Assembly (NCBI RefSeq): GCF_964204645.1
Contig: NC_134032.1
Location: 930,001 to 994,000 of the forward strand
Source of the DNA: Tubulanus polymorphus
Lineage: Eukaryota; Animalia; Nemertea
Direction of reading: 5' to 3'
Length of the DNA stretch: 64,000 bases
Positions 10,301 to 22,213 of the stretch are shown here, in pieces. Made by a program: the position numbers and the translations under genes. How positions within the stretch are numbered: position 1 is the stretch's first letter; each line of letters begins with the position of its first letter. The notes beneath the pieces are model-generated. The model ran no database searches and was not told the origin of the DNA. It saw nothing but the letters and a program-made list of their open reading frames with translations.

Positions 10301-13201
10301 CTTGGACGGACAGGTTCCAGCGCCCACCAGTCTATATATCTAGCCAATCAGAAGCGTGATATTTATAGAGCGGTAAAAAACGTGCGCCTTGGATATTTTG
10401 CCCCCACCCCCTCCATTTCAAAATTCGTGGATCCACCTACTACACGTGTAACATTATGTGGACACGTTCCTCATAGTCTCATGTCAGTATGACCTCGGTA
10501 GACGCGGTAGAGTCTGGTTGTTTCGTTGTGTCACGCGTAAACAATCCGCGGGTGAAATAGAACCGAAGAGAGTGCGTTGGTGTGATTGCCATCAATGAAA
10601 TATTCATGCTATAGCAATTTAAACTATGTATCGATATGACCGTGCGCGTTACAGATCGTTGGGTTAGTTAATCAGCTAGGGCAAAACTTTGCACATATTT
10701 TATATGATTGTAACATAGACAAAAAGTACACGTACCCGACGAATCGATTAAGAAAATAACTGAAATTTGCAATGTGCCCTTAAAACAGTCAGTGTAAAAA
10801 ATTTGGGTCAAGATTTCTTCGAAATTTGGATACAATTTTCATGTCTTTTTGGTGAAAATAAAAATGAAATCAATCTCAAATGATTTATTTAGAGATATTC
10901 AATTAGTGTCCTTTTCCAATAGGAAAGCGCTCCTTTCTACAGCGAAAAGTGTCATTTTTCTTGAATAGAACGGTACTCTGTGAAACGAGCTCGGCACGAG
11001 CCTCTGGCTGCTCTGATCTTTCACGCTTCATTCACCGGCCATCCTCCATCTGCAGGGACTCGAACCTGATGGCATCGCTACACTCAGCCACGGCACGAAC
11101 CCCTGCATCAGTAGACCGGGTGCGCAGGTACATGCGCAGCTTTCCGAACGAAAACTGGCGGCACCAATCAGATTGCTCGTTGTATAATCGTTTCAAGGAA
11201 GAACTATAAATGGGAAAACCCGGGCTAGAATAAAACGGGATTTCTGATTGGCTAAAAATCACATCATCTGAACTGCGCATGTATCTGCGCACACGGTCGA
11301 TTATGGCAGGGTTTCGTGCCGTGGCAATCTCGATGCCATCAGGTTCGAATCCCTGCCGGGGGAGGATGTTCACCGGCCTGTTCTCATTGAACAAACAAAC
11401 CCGTGGACGGGGATGACCTCAGTAACATGTCGACGCTCCACTCAATCTGACCTACGAGCAATTATCTGGCTCGTAGATCTGACTCAATCCCTCAGATGAT
11501 GGGTGTCGTGAAGTTCATGCTGTTTATCAGTAAGATACACTCGTGTTGTTTGTCTCATTTTCACTGGTTGACTTAAAATTCATAACTGGACGAAGCGAAC
11601 ACACCTAGTATTGTCTTATTTACAACGTATATATCGAATTCACACCAGCAGCCACCACCGTTGATTATCCATATATGAGCATCCGATGAGAAATTATCGA
11701 TTTTATTGATCGTTTATCATTATTGATCGAAAATATCGATAAAGTATTTATGAAAGAGAATGCGATAGATTGTGTCGGTAACACGCGGTTACAATAATTA
11801 ACCCTCAAATTCCCAATCTCGCTATTCAATTTAAAGGTTTTGTTTTTAAACCATTGGAGAAAATGAATGAATGAATGAATGAATGAATGAATGAATAAAT
11901 GAATGAATAAATGAACGAACGAACGAACCCACTTTGTTGGGTTCGTTCTGTAGCTCAGATGAGAAGACCCACCAGGTGTGCTATATTAGTGTGCAGTTGG
12001 ACATGAGCTAGGCTTACTGTAACGCACTGTGGATTCCACTTTCGTAAGTGAGGATCCACTAGGTGTCGCTAGTGTGCAGTAGGACATTAGCTAGGGTGCA
12101 CTGAAAAATTCCACTTATGGCAAGTGAGGAGCCACCATGTGTGCTAGTGTGCAGTAGGACATCAGCTAGGGCTACCTGTTGTGCACTGTGGATTCCACTT
12201 GGATCAACTAGGTGTTGCTTATGTGCAGTAGGACACCATGCTAGGTCTACTGCGGTGCACCGTAAATTCCACTTATGGCAAGTGAGGATCCACCAGGTGT
12301 GCTAGAGTGCACTGACCATCAGGTCCGTTATTTGCCGGGATATCTCACTAGCGCTACTTACCGGCACGGTATCTATATTCCAATCCTCCGAAGCGCGATC
12401 GACAGATTTTTGATCCCGCTGATTTTTTACGTCGTTATTAGTTATCGTGTATTGTTGACGATTCATTCTCTGAGCGTATGTTTCCGGGTAGTCCGTCTGT
12501 ACTCGTCGGCGACTGTCGGCACTTTCCGCCGCCGACGATTCGGCGTATTCCGTCAATATTCGTTCCTCCTCGTGTTGCCAGTCCCATTCCGGGGTCGATG
12601 TATGTCGTGGTCCCTGGCGGCCGTTCTTATCGTCTGTTGTTATTTTCGTGTAACTATTTCGATAGTTTTTCGTCTCGACGGACGACGCATTAATACCTAG
12701 ACCCGAACTTTCCAGTTCCTTTTCTAAAATATCCAAATCGCTTTCGTATTTATTCCTATTTCCAAACGTAGCTGAACTATCCTCGTCCATCTTCGAACGC
12801 TCACGAGGGGGCACCACTGCCGTTTTTCTGTTCGTGAATCCAGAATGATCCAGCACGTGTTGCTGTTGCTGCTGTTGTTGTTTGATAGGTGGTAACTTTT
12901 TCGGCGATGTCAACAGTTTTCCGTCGTTGCTAAGCGACGACGGATCACAATCGGTATTGTTATTGACGCCGTAATTGCTGTAATTAACGTCGGTGTTGTC
13001 GGTTTCGACGTCAACAATCGATCGCGCTGCGACCGCTGTAGATATATCGTTCTTTCCACCGTCGGCCGCCAAGTCGTCCTGGTATCGTTTGGGACACGCC
13101 GCAGACGATGACGACGTATCCACACCAATTTTACGTCTGCCCTCCCCAGCAGACGTAGCAGCGGAATCAACTCCACCACTCTGACTTTGCCCCGACCCCA
13201 T
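7400..13201 (-). CDS. Five-exon gene for a ~348-aa N-myristoylated, largely disordered protein resembling cystin-1
   Basis: Exons 13201-12362, 9716-9666, 9190-9148, 7797-7749 and 7463-7400. All introns are GT-AG and phases are compatible (0,0,1,2). Protein: MGSGQS...SAGEGRRKIGV...DTVP|NIKGFDTGKFKAFNLPQ|NTNPMDPATTELSSD|NEPRPVHADTTEPKTR|VEYDLEEEDLIADIEKEFYS*. The gene model is well supported; the cystin assignment rests on short motifs. Confidence 0.75.
8430..8700. repeat. Dispersed repeat, second copy at ~51445-51720
   Basis: Shared blocks AATCAGTCGCTTGCCGGTTCAG and CACACAACTATATCTGTACTTCGATTTCCGA. Confidence 0.7.
11040..11368. mobile_element. Mutator-like MITE with 9-bp target-site duplication
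   Basis: Termini CATCCTCC...GGAGGATG with long imperfect inverted arms. TSD TTCACCGGC at 11031-11039 and 11369-11377. Second copy at 47765-48104. Confidence 0.85.
11965..12310. repeat. Degenerate tandem repeat with recurring CCAC[CT]AGGTGT(C)GCT motifs
   Basis: About five motif copies at 11969, 12056, 12132, 12205 and 12290. The same flank recurs at ~40157-40185. Confidence 0.6.
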
Positions 13202-16200
13202 AGTTTTATGAATGTACGCGAAAAATGCCAAACACCGTCAGCATTTAAACCGTATCAAGCGTTAAATAAATGAAAAAGTTTATTCATTTATGTAAATCCT
13301 ATCGAGCAAGAAGTCATATCACTAAACGACGCTTTACCGAAATTCCGTTACACTAAGCGTATCCAATATTCTCAATTTTTCACTAAATCCTTTAGAAAAG
13401 TTCCAACAACGTCATAATCGTTGGTTTTCAAACTCGAATTCCGAATAGTCAACGAGAAACGCGACACCGGTGATATCAAACACTCTTGACGACAGACTCT
13501 GGACACTCGATTTTCTCGTAAGCGTCGCAAACACGTACTCTAAACACCCCTCTAGACATAGCTCATAATCCATATACCTACAACTACTTACAAAACCGTT
13601 ACTTATAATCACTAGTAATAAACATGTATTGTATAAGCGTAGTCCAAGCGACGTTTAGGCCTGTGAGTGTGTGTGTGTGTGACGCGGAACCCATTAGCGC
13701 TGCTCGGCGGTGGCACGGCTGTGGTTTTTGCAATAATTGCGAAATAATCTTGCGTTGAATTATTTCATTCACGGAAGCGGCGCTCGCGCGCGCGCGCGGA
13801 TTTAGAGCTCTGAATAGATCTGTACACACAGAACTAAAGCCTTTAGAAAAAGGGACACATCCCGTCGAGGTTCACTACACACGTTAAGATCGCGGTATTT
13901 ACGGAAACTGTTTTATTTCATGAATAAGTCACGCCAGCCGCTCAAACACAGTCTTTTAAATCTCTCAGTCGGTTTAGTCCGTCGTCGCTCCCTAACGCAG
14001 GCCGTTGTCCGGCATCCGTTCGCTAATAGACCGTCACACTAACGCTAATTCCGCGAGATAAATCTATCACCCGTAGGTTAAGTTAATGGAATTCTAAATG
14101 AAGCCGTTGCAAAGATCGATGGGGGGCGGGCTAATGGTGTAACGCGCCGACGGCGGATTTCCCCGTTCGTGATCCCTGAAGTACCGGCGCGAATCATCAG
14201 TTCAATCGTGCTCGAAGGTCGATCTTCACATGCATAGTCTGACGCGTGCTTTCGTGACGGCCTGCGGGCCATTGAGAGTGGTAGTCACGAGATACGCGGT
14301 GACAGGGACACAAACAAATCAACGCCAGCACTCCAGTGGAGGTGTACCTGGTTGGTATATGATCCTCATGTCACGGTTTGTTGGCTGGGCGGCTTTTTGG
14401 GGATGGGGACCGGGTCCAGCTGTATTGTATGGTAACAAACCCATAACAACGACCGGGTCCGTGCGTTCTGTTATATTTTCCCTTTGGGAATCCAGCGACG
14501 AGCTGTGAACGGGACCCGGGGACCAACCGGCGATCCTGTCCCAAAAACCGAACATGCGGAAACGGTTCCCGAACACGGCCCAGCTTAGAGATGCCTTCGC
14601 TTCAAGTTCAGGACGAAATCACGTGGGCTTGTCACGATAGCTGGGGGGCCCAAAATCAAAGATTTGACCAAGTATCCGAGGTATAAAATATACAATGATT
14701 TATTTTAAAACGGACCTGCTATTTGTTTGTTATTTTGAGAGTAATGAGTCTTACTATAACGCGTATGGATGGTCGAATAACTGGTCGAAAGATCCGTTTG
14801 TTTTCAAAAATCATGGTAATTTTTACTTCCAGGCTGGTGCGATACAGACGGATTTTGCCGATTTTGTCGGATTAATCGCACGATTTAATAATCTCAAAGG
14901 CATTGAAATTTTTCTCAAACTACTCGGTCTAACGCAGAAATTCGTTATCTTTAAAAATAATCTTACTGTAACGGGTTGGATTATTAATAACAAAGTTACG
15001 AACTGTTGAAGTGACATATCTATCGACCGATCTGACGGAGAGTTGGCTGCCGTTGTCTTTTTATATATTGTACCTAGGGGATACTTACTGGGGTCAAAAT
15101 CCTTTTGTGTCGAGTACGACCTAGTGAAAGTGGTGGCCAACAAGCATAAGGTTATTGTCACTGGAGGTCCCTTTGTATCTGTGAGGGCACGAAATCTCAT
15201 GAATTCTTATCTTTTAAACCAATATCATAGTTCGTACATTTAGAATCATTGTGGTTCTTAAAGTCTTTAACAATTGAGGCAATAGTTTCATCGTAATAAA
15301 GAATTGAGCGCACTCCACGGTAAAACTAGCGCGATTTCCTCCGTCGACCGTCTAGTGCTGCCCCTATGCATAACGATAGCGGGGAAAACGTGAACTAAAA
15401 TAATACTCGCTTGCCAGAGTCTTCGAACGGCCGTAGTGGACGAACTAATTACCGATTTGCGGGCCAGATTCCGAGGAAATTCTCAAACTCTGAAAACTGC
15501 CCAGACACTATTGAACCAAACAATTTTCATATAAGAGAATAAGCATTAAAAGAGTAATTTGAATCGGGATATTTCTAGTATCGTCTGGCAGAGAGTGACA
15601 GGTGGGTGTATGTTCTCCGCTTATTTGCACGCAATTAAAATAATATCGCAGGAAAAATATGGAAAGTTTGTCAATTCAGATGATAAATAATCATTCAAAA
15701 ATGTAAATGAATAATCTAGTCTGTATATGAATATTAATTAATTGTAATAAGTAAGTGGGAATTTTAGCTAAAAAGGAATATCGTTACCTAAAGATCCAAA
15801 ATTCATAAAATATTCATAGTATCATATTTAATCAGAATTAGGCGACACAGTGGTCCGTATTGTACGTAATAAGGAAATTATATTCCGGCGGTTAATATGC
15901 TCCGCTATTTTAGTTCACAGAAATTCCGCTATCGTAATTCATAGGGGCAGGACTGTACGGTTGACATCTAGCTTAACCTCGCCATCTTACTGCGGCATGC
16001 GAGTAGTACAGCGTGGGTTTTTAACAGAATTTCGTTGTATATTGACAATTCTATCAATCTTTAAGCTTTATTTAAGAGGATCTTCTATTTAAAATGTTAT
16101 TCAAGCCATTTTCAATAGAACCTTTCTGTCAGCGGAATGTAATAGCGTAAAGCGGTAGACTCACATGCCACAGAAAGAATTTCAAGCAAATTAAATTTTA

Positions 16201-16544
16201 TTATCAAAAATGCATCAACTAATACTGCCATCAACGTTGCAGCACATGAACCATGAAACATCCTTTTTAGGTCGAGCCTTCTTGGTCAGGATTAAAATCA
16301 AGAATTTTACAAAAATAAAGAAATTTCCCTTTTCCAGTTATTTATGTCTTTGCAAAGATTTTCAACCCCGGGAGTTTTGCAGTGTATGACCGCTACCGTG
16401 GCAAGCGAGGAAATATCCGGTAAAGGAAAACACGGTAAATCCTCCGCGCGCGATAGAGAAGACCCGAGGTCGCCGACTGTCGCGAAAAATTTTTTCCGAA
16501 TTTTGAAACTTCACGTCCCTTTTTGGGCCCGAGATTGAGGGGTA

Positions 16545-19500
16545 ATGGAGAATAGAGCTTTCCCAAAACTAAAAATCAGCTCGTGCGATTTCCTCGATCG
16601 GATAGAGGGCAGAACGATCTGCGCTTCGTGTAAAAAATCTCGTAAATTCTACTGTTACAGCTGTTATAAACCGGTAATAGACCCGACCAGTGAACACGGT
16701 CGCAAAATACCCCGAGTGAAGGTAGGCGAGAATGTAGACCAGATTTTCAATACAATCGAAGTGCCTATAATGTCTATTTCAACTTGACTTGATAGTACAT
16801 CAGGGTAAGATTCAAGAATAGGGGACTACTGTCTGTCACACATGCTCTTCGTGCGACGTTTTGGTTCGTAATTTCGTTAATAATCGGTTGATCTGTAAAT
16901 ATTATGCATCAATTTGTTCAGTAAGGAATTTGCATTCAGAAATAAATCATGAACTGGCATAAATTTGTTTGTGTTTTCATCTATCAGCGATAGTTCACCC
17001 AGCATACGCTCGCGTAATGCTGAAAAACGGCTTTTATGGCCCGTCACTTGGCGCCACCTACTGCATTTTGATATGCTAATGAGCAGGTGATGACGTCACT
17101 GTAACGTTTCCGAGCGTCCGCGGAGCTGATTTTTCAGCATTACGCGAGCGTATGCTGAGTAAACTATCGCTCATAAATGAAAACAAAAACAACTTTAGTA
17201 AAAATTGTTGTTTATTTCTGAATGCAAATTCCTCACTGAACAAATTGATGCATAATAAAGGTAGATAAACCGATTATTAACGAAATTACGGACCAAAACG
17301 TCGCACGGAGAGTAGGTGTGACAGACAGTAGTGGTTAGGATTAGGGTTAGGATTAGGTTTAGAGATAGGTTTAGTTCCCTATCATTAATTACTATATACA
17401 TTACTATCATTATTATATATCATCATTATCAATTACTAATATTATTACTTAATTGATTACTATCACTACATATATATTGCTATAGTCCCCTATTCTTGAA
17501 TCGCACCGTACATCAGGTGGCTTAGCTCAGTCAGTTTTGATGGTACATATCTGATAGAAATTTATAAGGACCAGAATTTAGAAAGCACTGGCAGTCGACC
17601 TAAAACATTGAGTTTCAATCCATTCTTAACTCAATTGAAGGATATCCAAAAAGTCTTCATTGAACAGACTGGATTAACAGATTATAGTTTGTAGACTATG
17701 GGCTCATTCATTTATTACGTACGCATAAAATTTGAATTTTTCAACCCCCCTCCCCCTCTGTACGCAAAATCGGCCATTTTTTCATATACATTAAGCATTA
17801 CAGTACGCAATCGCACTGACCCCTCCCCCTCCCCTAATGCGTACGTAATAAATGAATGACCCCTATCTATAACTATGATACCAAGCCCCTGTGGTAGTAG
17901 GCCTCTGTAATCAATTTTGATTATAATTAAACCCCGTGGTTAATTAGGTTTTGAGAAACGCCCGACTTGTTTCAATCATGATTAGTGATTTAAGCGTAAT
18001 CAAGGGTTGATTACCCTTCGATTAACTCCGTTGTTTTGTAACTCCGTTGTTTTGTCCGTCGAACCTAAACTTGAATTCCTAAATTTCTTTATTTTCAGTT
18101 GCCGATTAAAATCGACATCATCAAACATCCTAAAGAAGTTGAAGGTAAGAGCACGGCTATCCATGCGGCGGTGCTCGCGCCCGATGATGTCAACATGTAT
18201 ACATATCCTTCTATTCCCGATTACGACTTCGACAAGGTACGACGCGTTTAAAACACGTTTTCGACGGGATTACTCTAAAACATGGCCCCCTTCGATCTCA
18301 ATCACCTTTTTAGTGTAAAGTGTGGACAGTCTCTGGGACCTTATGTCTATTTCAACCTGATTTGAGAGCATTCCGGGTGGCCTAGCCCGCTCATTTTTGG
18401 TAGTACATACCTGATAGAAGTCTTATTAGGAACAGAATGCATTGATCATGTGATCTCTTTCTGTACTGAAACCCTCCCTAGGAACAGAACGCATTGGCAG
18501 CTGACCTTAAATATTGTTTTTTAATCCACTTTAAACTGTATTGAAGGATATCCAAAAAATCTTCATTGAAATGGGTTCCTAAGAGAGACTCCTTGATTTG
18601 AAAGTTTAACAATATGTCTCCATACCTACCAACTGAAGTTTGGTACGTAGGCATGGAGACATATTGTTAAACTTTCAAATCATGGAGTCACATCTCTTCA
18701 TTCAACTCCTTTCAGTGAAGACTTTTTGGATATCCTTCAATACAGTTTCAAATGGATTAAAAAATGATGATTTAGGTCGACTGCCTGTCCTTTCTGGTCC
18801 TATTAAGACTTCTATTAGGTATGTACTACCAAAAATTAGCGGGCTAGGCCACCCGGAATGCTCTCAAATCAGGTTGAAATAGACATTAGGCCTATTGGGA
18901 TCGAAAGTGGTGGTAAAATCTACGAGTTTTTAGTTCATTCGTTAATTCATCATCAATTTAGAATTTCGAGATGTTATTTGTCTCCTATATTCTACAGGTG
19001 GTCGTAATTTTCCCGAGCGACAACGCCGAAACTTTGGAGCAAATAGTCGTACATTAGGCCTATTGGGGTCGAAAGTAGTGGTAAAACCAGTATTTAGTTC
19101 ATTTGTTAGTTCATTTTCAATTAGAAATGTCTCAGGTGAAGCACTGAACACATGTGAAGTGTGGACGATCAGTTTTTGAAAGTGTGCTGATAAAATGTCT
19201 AATATCTGGTGTTTGTAGTTCATTTTCAATTAAAAATGTCTCAGGTGAAGCACTGAACACATGTGAAGTGTGGACGATCAGTTTTTGAAAGTGTGCTGAT
19301 AAAATGTCTAATGTCTGGTGTTTGTAGTTCATTTTCAATTAAAAATGTCTCAGGTGAAGCACTGAACACATGTAAAGTGTGGACGATCAGTTTTTGAAAG
19401 TGTGCTGATAAAATGTCTAATATCTGGTGTTTGTAGTTCATTTTCAATTAAAAATGTCTCAGGTGAAGCACTGAACACATGTGAAGTGTGGACGATCAGT

Positions 19501-21873
19501 TTTTGAAAGTGTGCTGATAAAATGTCTAATGTCCGGTGTTTGTAGTTCATTTTCAATTAAAAATGTCTCAGGTGAAGCACTGAACACATGTAAAGTGTGG
19601 ACGATCAGTTTTTGAAAGTGTGCTGATAAAATGTCTAATGTCTGGTGTTTGTAGTTCATTTTCAATTAAAAATGTCTCAGGTGAAGCACTGAACACATGT
19701 GAAGTGTGGACGATCAGTTTTTGAAAGTGTGCTGATAAAATGTCTAATGTCTGGTGTTTGTAGTTCATTTTCAATTAAAAATGTCTCAGGTGAAGCACTG
19801 AACACATGTGAAGTGTGGACGATCAGTTTTTGAAAGTGTGCTGATAAAATGTCTAATGTCTGGTGTTTGTAGTTCATTTTCAATTAAAAATGTCTCAGGT
19901 GAAGCAGTGAACACATGTGAAGTGTGGACGATCACTTTTTTGAAAGTGTGCTGATAAAATGTCTAATATCTGGTGTTTGTAGTTCATTTTCAATTAGAAA
20001 TGTCTCAGGTGAAGCACTGAACACATGTGAAGTGTGGACGATCAGTTTTTGAAAGTGTGCTGATAAAATGTCTAATGTCTGGTGTTTGTAGTCCATTCTC
20101 TATTAGAAATGTCTCAGATGAAGCACTGAACACATGTGAAGTGTGGACGATCAGTTTTTGAAAGTGTGCTGATAAAATGTCTAATGTCTGGTGTTTGTAG
20201 TTCATTTTCAATTAAAAATGTCTCAGGTGAAGCAGTGAACACATGTGAAGTGTGGACGATCACTTTTTTGAAAGTGTGCTGATAAAATGTCTAATATCTG
20301 GTGTTTGTAGTTCATTTTCAATTAGAAATGTCTCAGGTGAAGCACTGAACACATGTGAAGTGTGGACGATCAGTTTTTGAAAGTGTGCTGATAAAATGTC
20401 TAATGTCTGGTGTTTGTAGTCCATTCTCTATTAGAAATGTCTCAGGTGAAGCACTGAACACATGTGAAGTGTGGACGATCACTTTTTTGAATTGTGCCCC
20501 GATTATGAAGTGTCCTAAAATCGGGATGATTTCCTGCAGTTCATTTTCAATTTAAAAATGTCTCAGGTGAAGTTCTGAACACATGTGAAGTGTGGACGAT
20601 CAAAAATTTGTGGATTGTGATAAAATATTGCAGCAGTTTGGGGTCCGATCCTGAGTAAGGAACTGACGATTGAGATTCATCTTCAGATTTTGTTCGTCTC
20701 TATTTTTTTCAGGTGGTCGTAATTTTTCCGAGCGAGGACGCCGAAACTTTGGAGCAAATAGTCGAACGCCTGGAGCAGCGGTCGGAGCGACAAGTTCCCG
20801 TCGAACCGGAGGACGAGAAGACGAATAAATCGAATCTCGCCGATGAAAACGACGACGATTTCAAAGCGTTGAAGCGGCCGCACGCCTCGGATTCCGACTG
20901 TCCGTCGAAACGTATTAAACTGCACCCCCGACAAGCTCCGTTCGAACGGGTCGTGTTCATCGATTCAACCTGGTATCAATCGTCAAAAATATTCAACGAC
21001 GAACGATTAAAACGTAAATGATATAAATAAAAAGTCTGTCTCATCAAACCTGCAACTTTTAAAACTTCAGGGTTTCTAGGTTCAGGGGCCAGTTTCCTAG
21101 TCGTGGCTTAGACTTAAGACCAGTCTAAGACCAACTTAGTTCTATAACCAATCTAACAACTTAGGACCTCTTTTGTCTTTTGGACTTAAGTCACGACTGT
21201 GCAACTGGCCCCATGGGCCGGTTCCATAGTCAGGGCTTAGACTTAAGACCAGTCTAAGACCATTTTAGTTCTATAACCAATCTAATAACTTAAGACCAGT
21301 CGCAAGATTTAAGACTACTTTTGGACTTAGTCTTGACTATGGAACTGGCCCCTATGGTCACTATCGTCCAAAAGTGGTCTTAAATCTTAAGACTGGTCTT
21401 AAGTTGTTAGATTGGCTATAGAACTAAGTTGGTCTTAGACTAGTCTTAAGTCCAAGCCGTGACTATGGAACCGGCCCCTGGGGTTTAACTCTAGTTGATT
21501 TGAAATCTGAATTTCGTCGATTTTAATTGTCGTTTTTTTCCCCCCAGGTTTACGCTGCATCAAAATGGACGAGCACAACACGAAATTCTGGCGAAGTCAG
21601 AAAGATCCGATGCCCGACTCGTACCTGGCGACGATCGAAGCTATCTATTATTTCGTGCGCGAGTTCCACGATCAGTTCGTCGCCGTCGCCGCGGAAACGG
21701 CAGACGGACGCGAGCTGGCGCCGTACGACCATCGCTACGACGACCTGCTGTTTTATTTCGAGTACTTCTATCAGCGAATGTCGACGCTGCACAACAACGG
21801 ACGCAAAATTCGCGCTTTCGAACGACGCGAAAATAACCGACGATCGAAAAACGCGAACGAAACCGATTCGTGA
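16545..21873 (+). CDS. DTWD1: tRNA-uridine aminocarboxypropyltransferase 1 (DTW domain-containing protein 1)
   Basis: Exons 16545-16721, 18099-18236, 20713-21013 and 21548-21873 (GT-AG, in phase). N-terminal CxxC...KFYCYSC zinc motif, [23 protein letters not shown], signature FIDSTW, FWRSQ...[11 protein letters not shown] and YDDLLFYF. Confidence 0.95.
16804..17508. mobile_element. MITE (GGTAAGATTCAAGAATAGGGGACT termini) carrying a nested ~500-bp TA-duplicating foldback element at ~16829-17327
   Basis: An uninterrupted copy at 41751-41953 shows the empty site GGGGACTA|GTGGTT. Here CTGTCTGTCACAC...GTGTGACAGACAG is inserted with TA duplicated. The outer element is flanked by GTACATCAG repeats. 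Confidence 0.8.
17700..17863. mobile_element. PIF/Harbinger (Tourist)-like MITE; second copy at ~28240-28405
   Basis: Inverted termini GGG..CATTCATTTATTACGTACGCA. 3-bp flanking repeats (TAT here, TTA at the second copy). Near-identical interiors. Confidence 0.75.
18341..18889. mobile_element. Foldback MITE (~550 bp) with ATGTCTATTT...AAATAGACAT termini
   Basis: Left and right arms are reverse complements over >200 bp. A related interrupted copy starts at ~16768. Confidence 0.75.
19109..20602. repeat. 109-bp satellite array (~13.5 copies) in DTWD1 intron 2
   Basis: Monomer GTTCATTTTCAATTAAAAATGTCTCAGGTGAAGCACTGAACACATGTGAAGTGTGGACGATCAG...TCTGGTGTTTGTA. It explains the repeated 68-aa ORFs. 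Confidence 0.95.
21085..21480. mobile_element. Cluster of three short GGGGCCAGTT/AACTGGCCCC MITEs (Harbinger-like)
   Basis: Shared interior TTAAGACCAGTCTAAGACC...CTATAACCAATCTAACAAC. More copies at 26512-26977, ~30922-31050 and 34256-34525. Confidence 0.7.
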
Positions 21874-21987
21874 AAATTAGTCCCTTTTTTACCACCCTCG
21901 ATCTTTATACAGTATATTTCGATGAAGTTTAAAATAAAAACACCTACGATTACGGGTTCGACTTAGGTTTTGTGATTGTGGTCGGAT

Positions 21988-22213
21988 TAGGCTAAACAAA
22001 AATGATACCTTGTTTCTCCGCAGCGGCCGGGTCATTTTTGTAAAATATGATAAAATTTATGAACAGTTCATTTCTATAGCGGCCGGGTCTGTAATGGTAA
22101 AATTGATCACGATTTTAAAAAAAAGTAATGTATAGGGTAGATAGGCGGCCGGCCGGGTCAACATTTAAGCTCAGCAGAGCGGAGAAACAAGGTAGCAATT
22201 TTTTTTTGCCTTA
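21988..22213. mobile_element. MITE with TAGGCTAAA...GATACCTTGTTTCTCC termini
   Basis: Inverted ends. Related copies at ~26258-26490 and ~45838-46000. Confidence 0.65.

Noticed and set aside
12302-12361. ORF-track C-terminus VSSASEISRQITDLMVSAL of the 309-aa ORF
   Set aside because: It reads through a consensus GTAAGT donor into a repeat. The spliced model gives a phase-consistent, motif-bearing C-terminus.
12926-12938. RFX X-box-like GTTGCTAAGCGAC supporting ciliary regulation of the cystin-like gene
   Set aside because: It lies inside coding sequence and is a degenerate match; no clear X-box was found upstream of the ATG.
13850-15450. Short ORFs (e.g. 14823-15200, 14695-15009) as a gene or transposase
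   Set aside because: I found no recognisable motif and no consistent exon chain. The same applies to the ORFs at 3605-4671 and 10052-10492.
19132-20555. Series of near-identical 68-aa ORFs suggesting a peptide gene array
   Set aside because: They are translations of the 109-bp satellite, begin at non-ATG codons and lie antisense within a DTWD1 intron.
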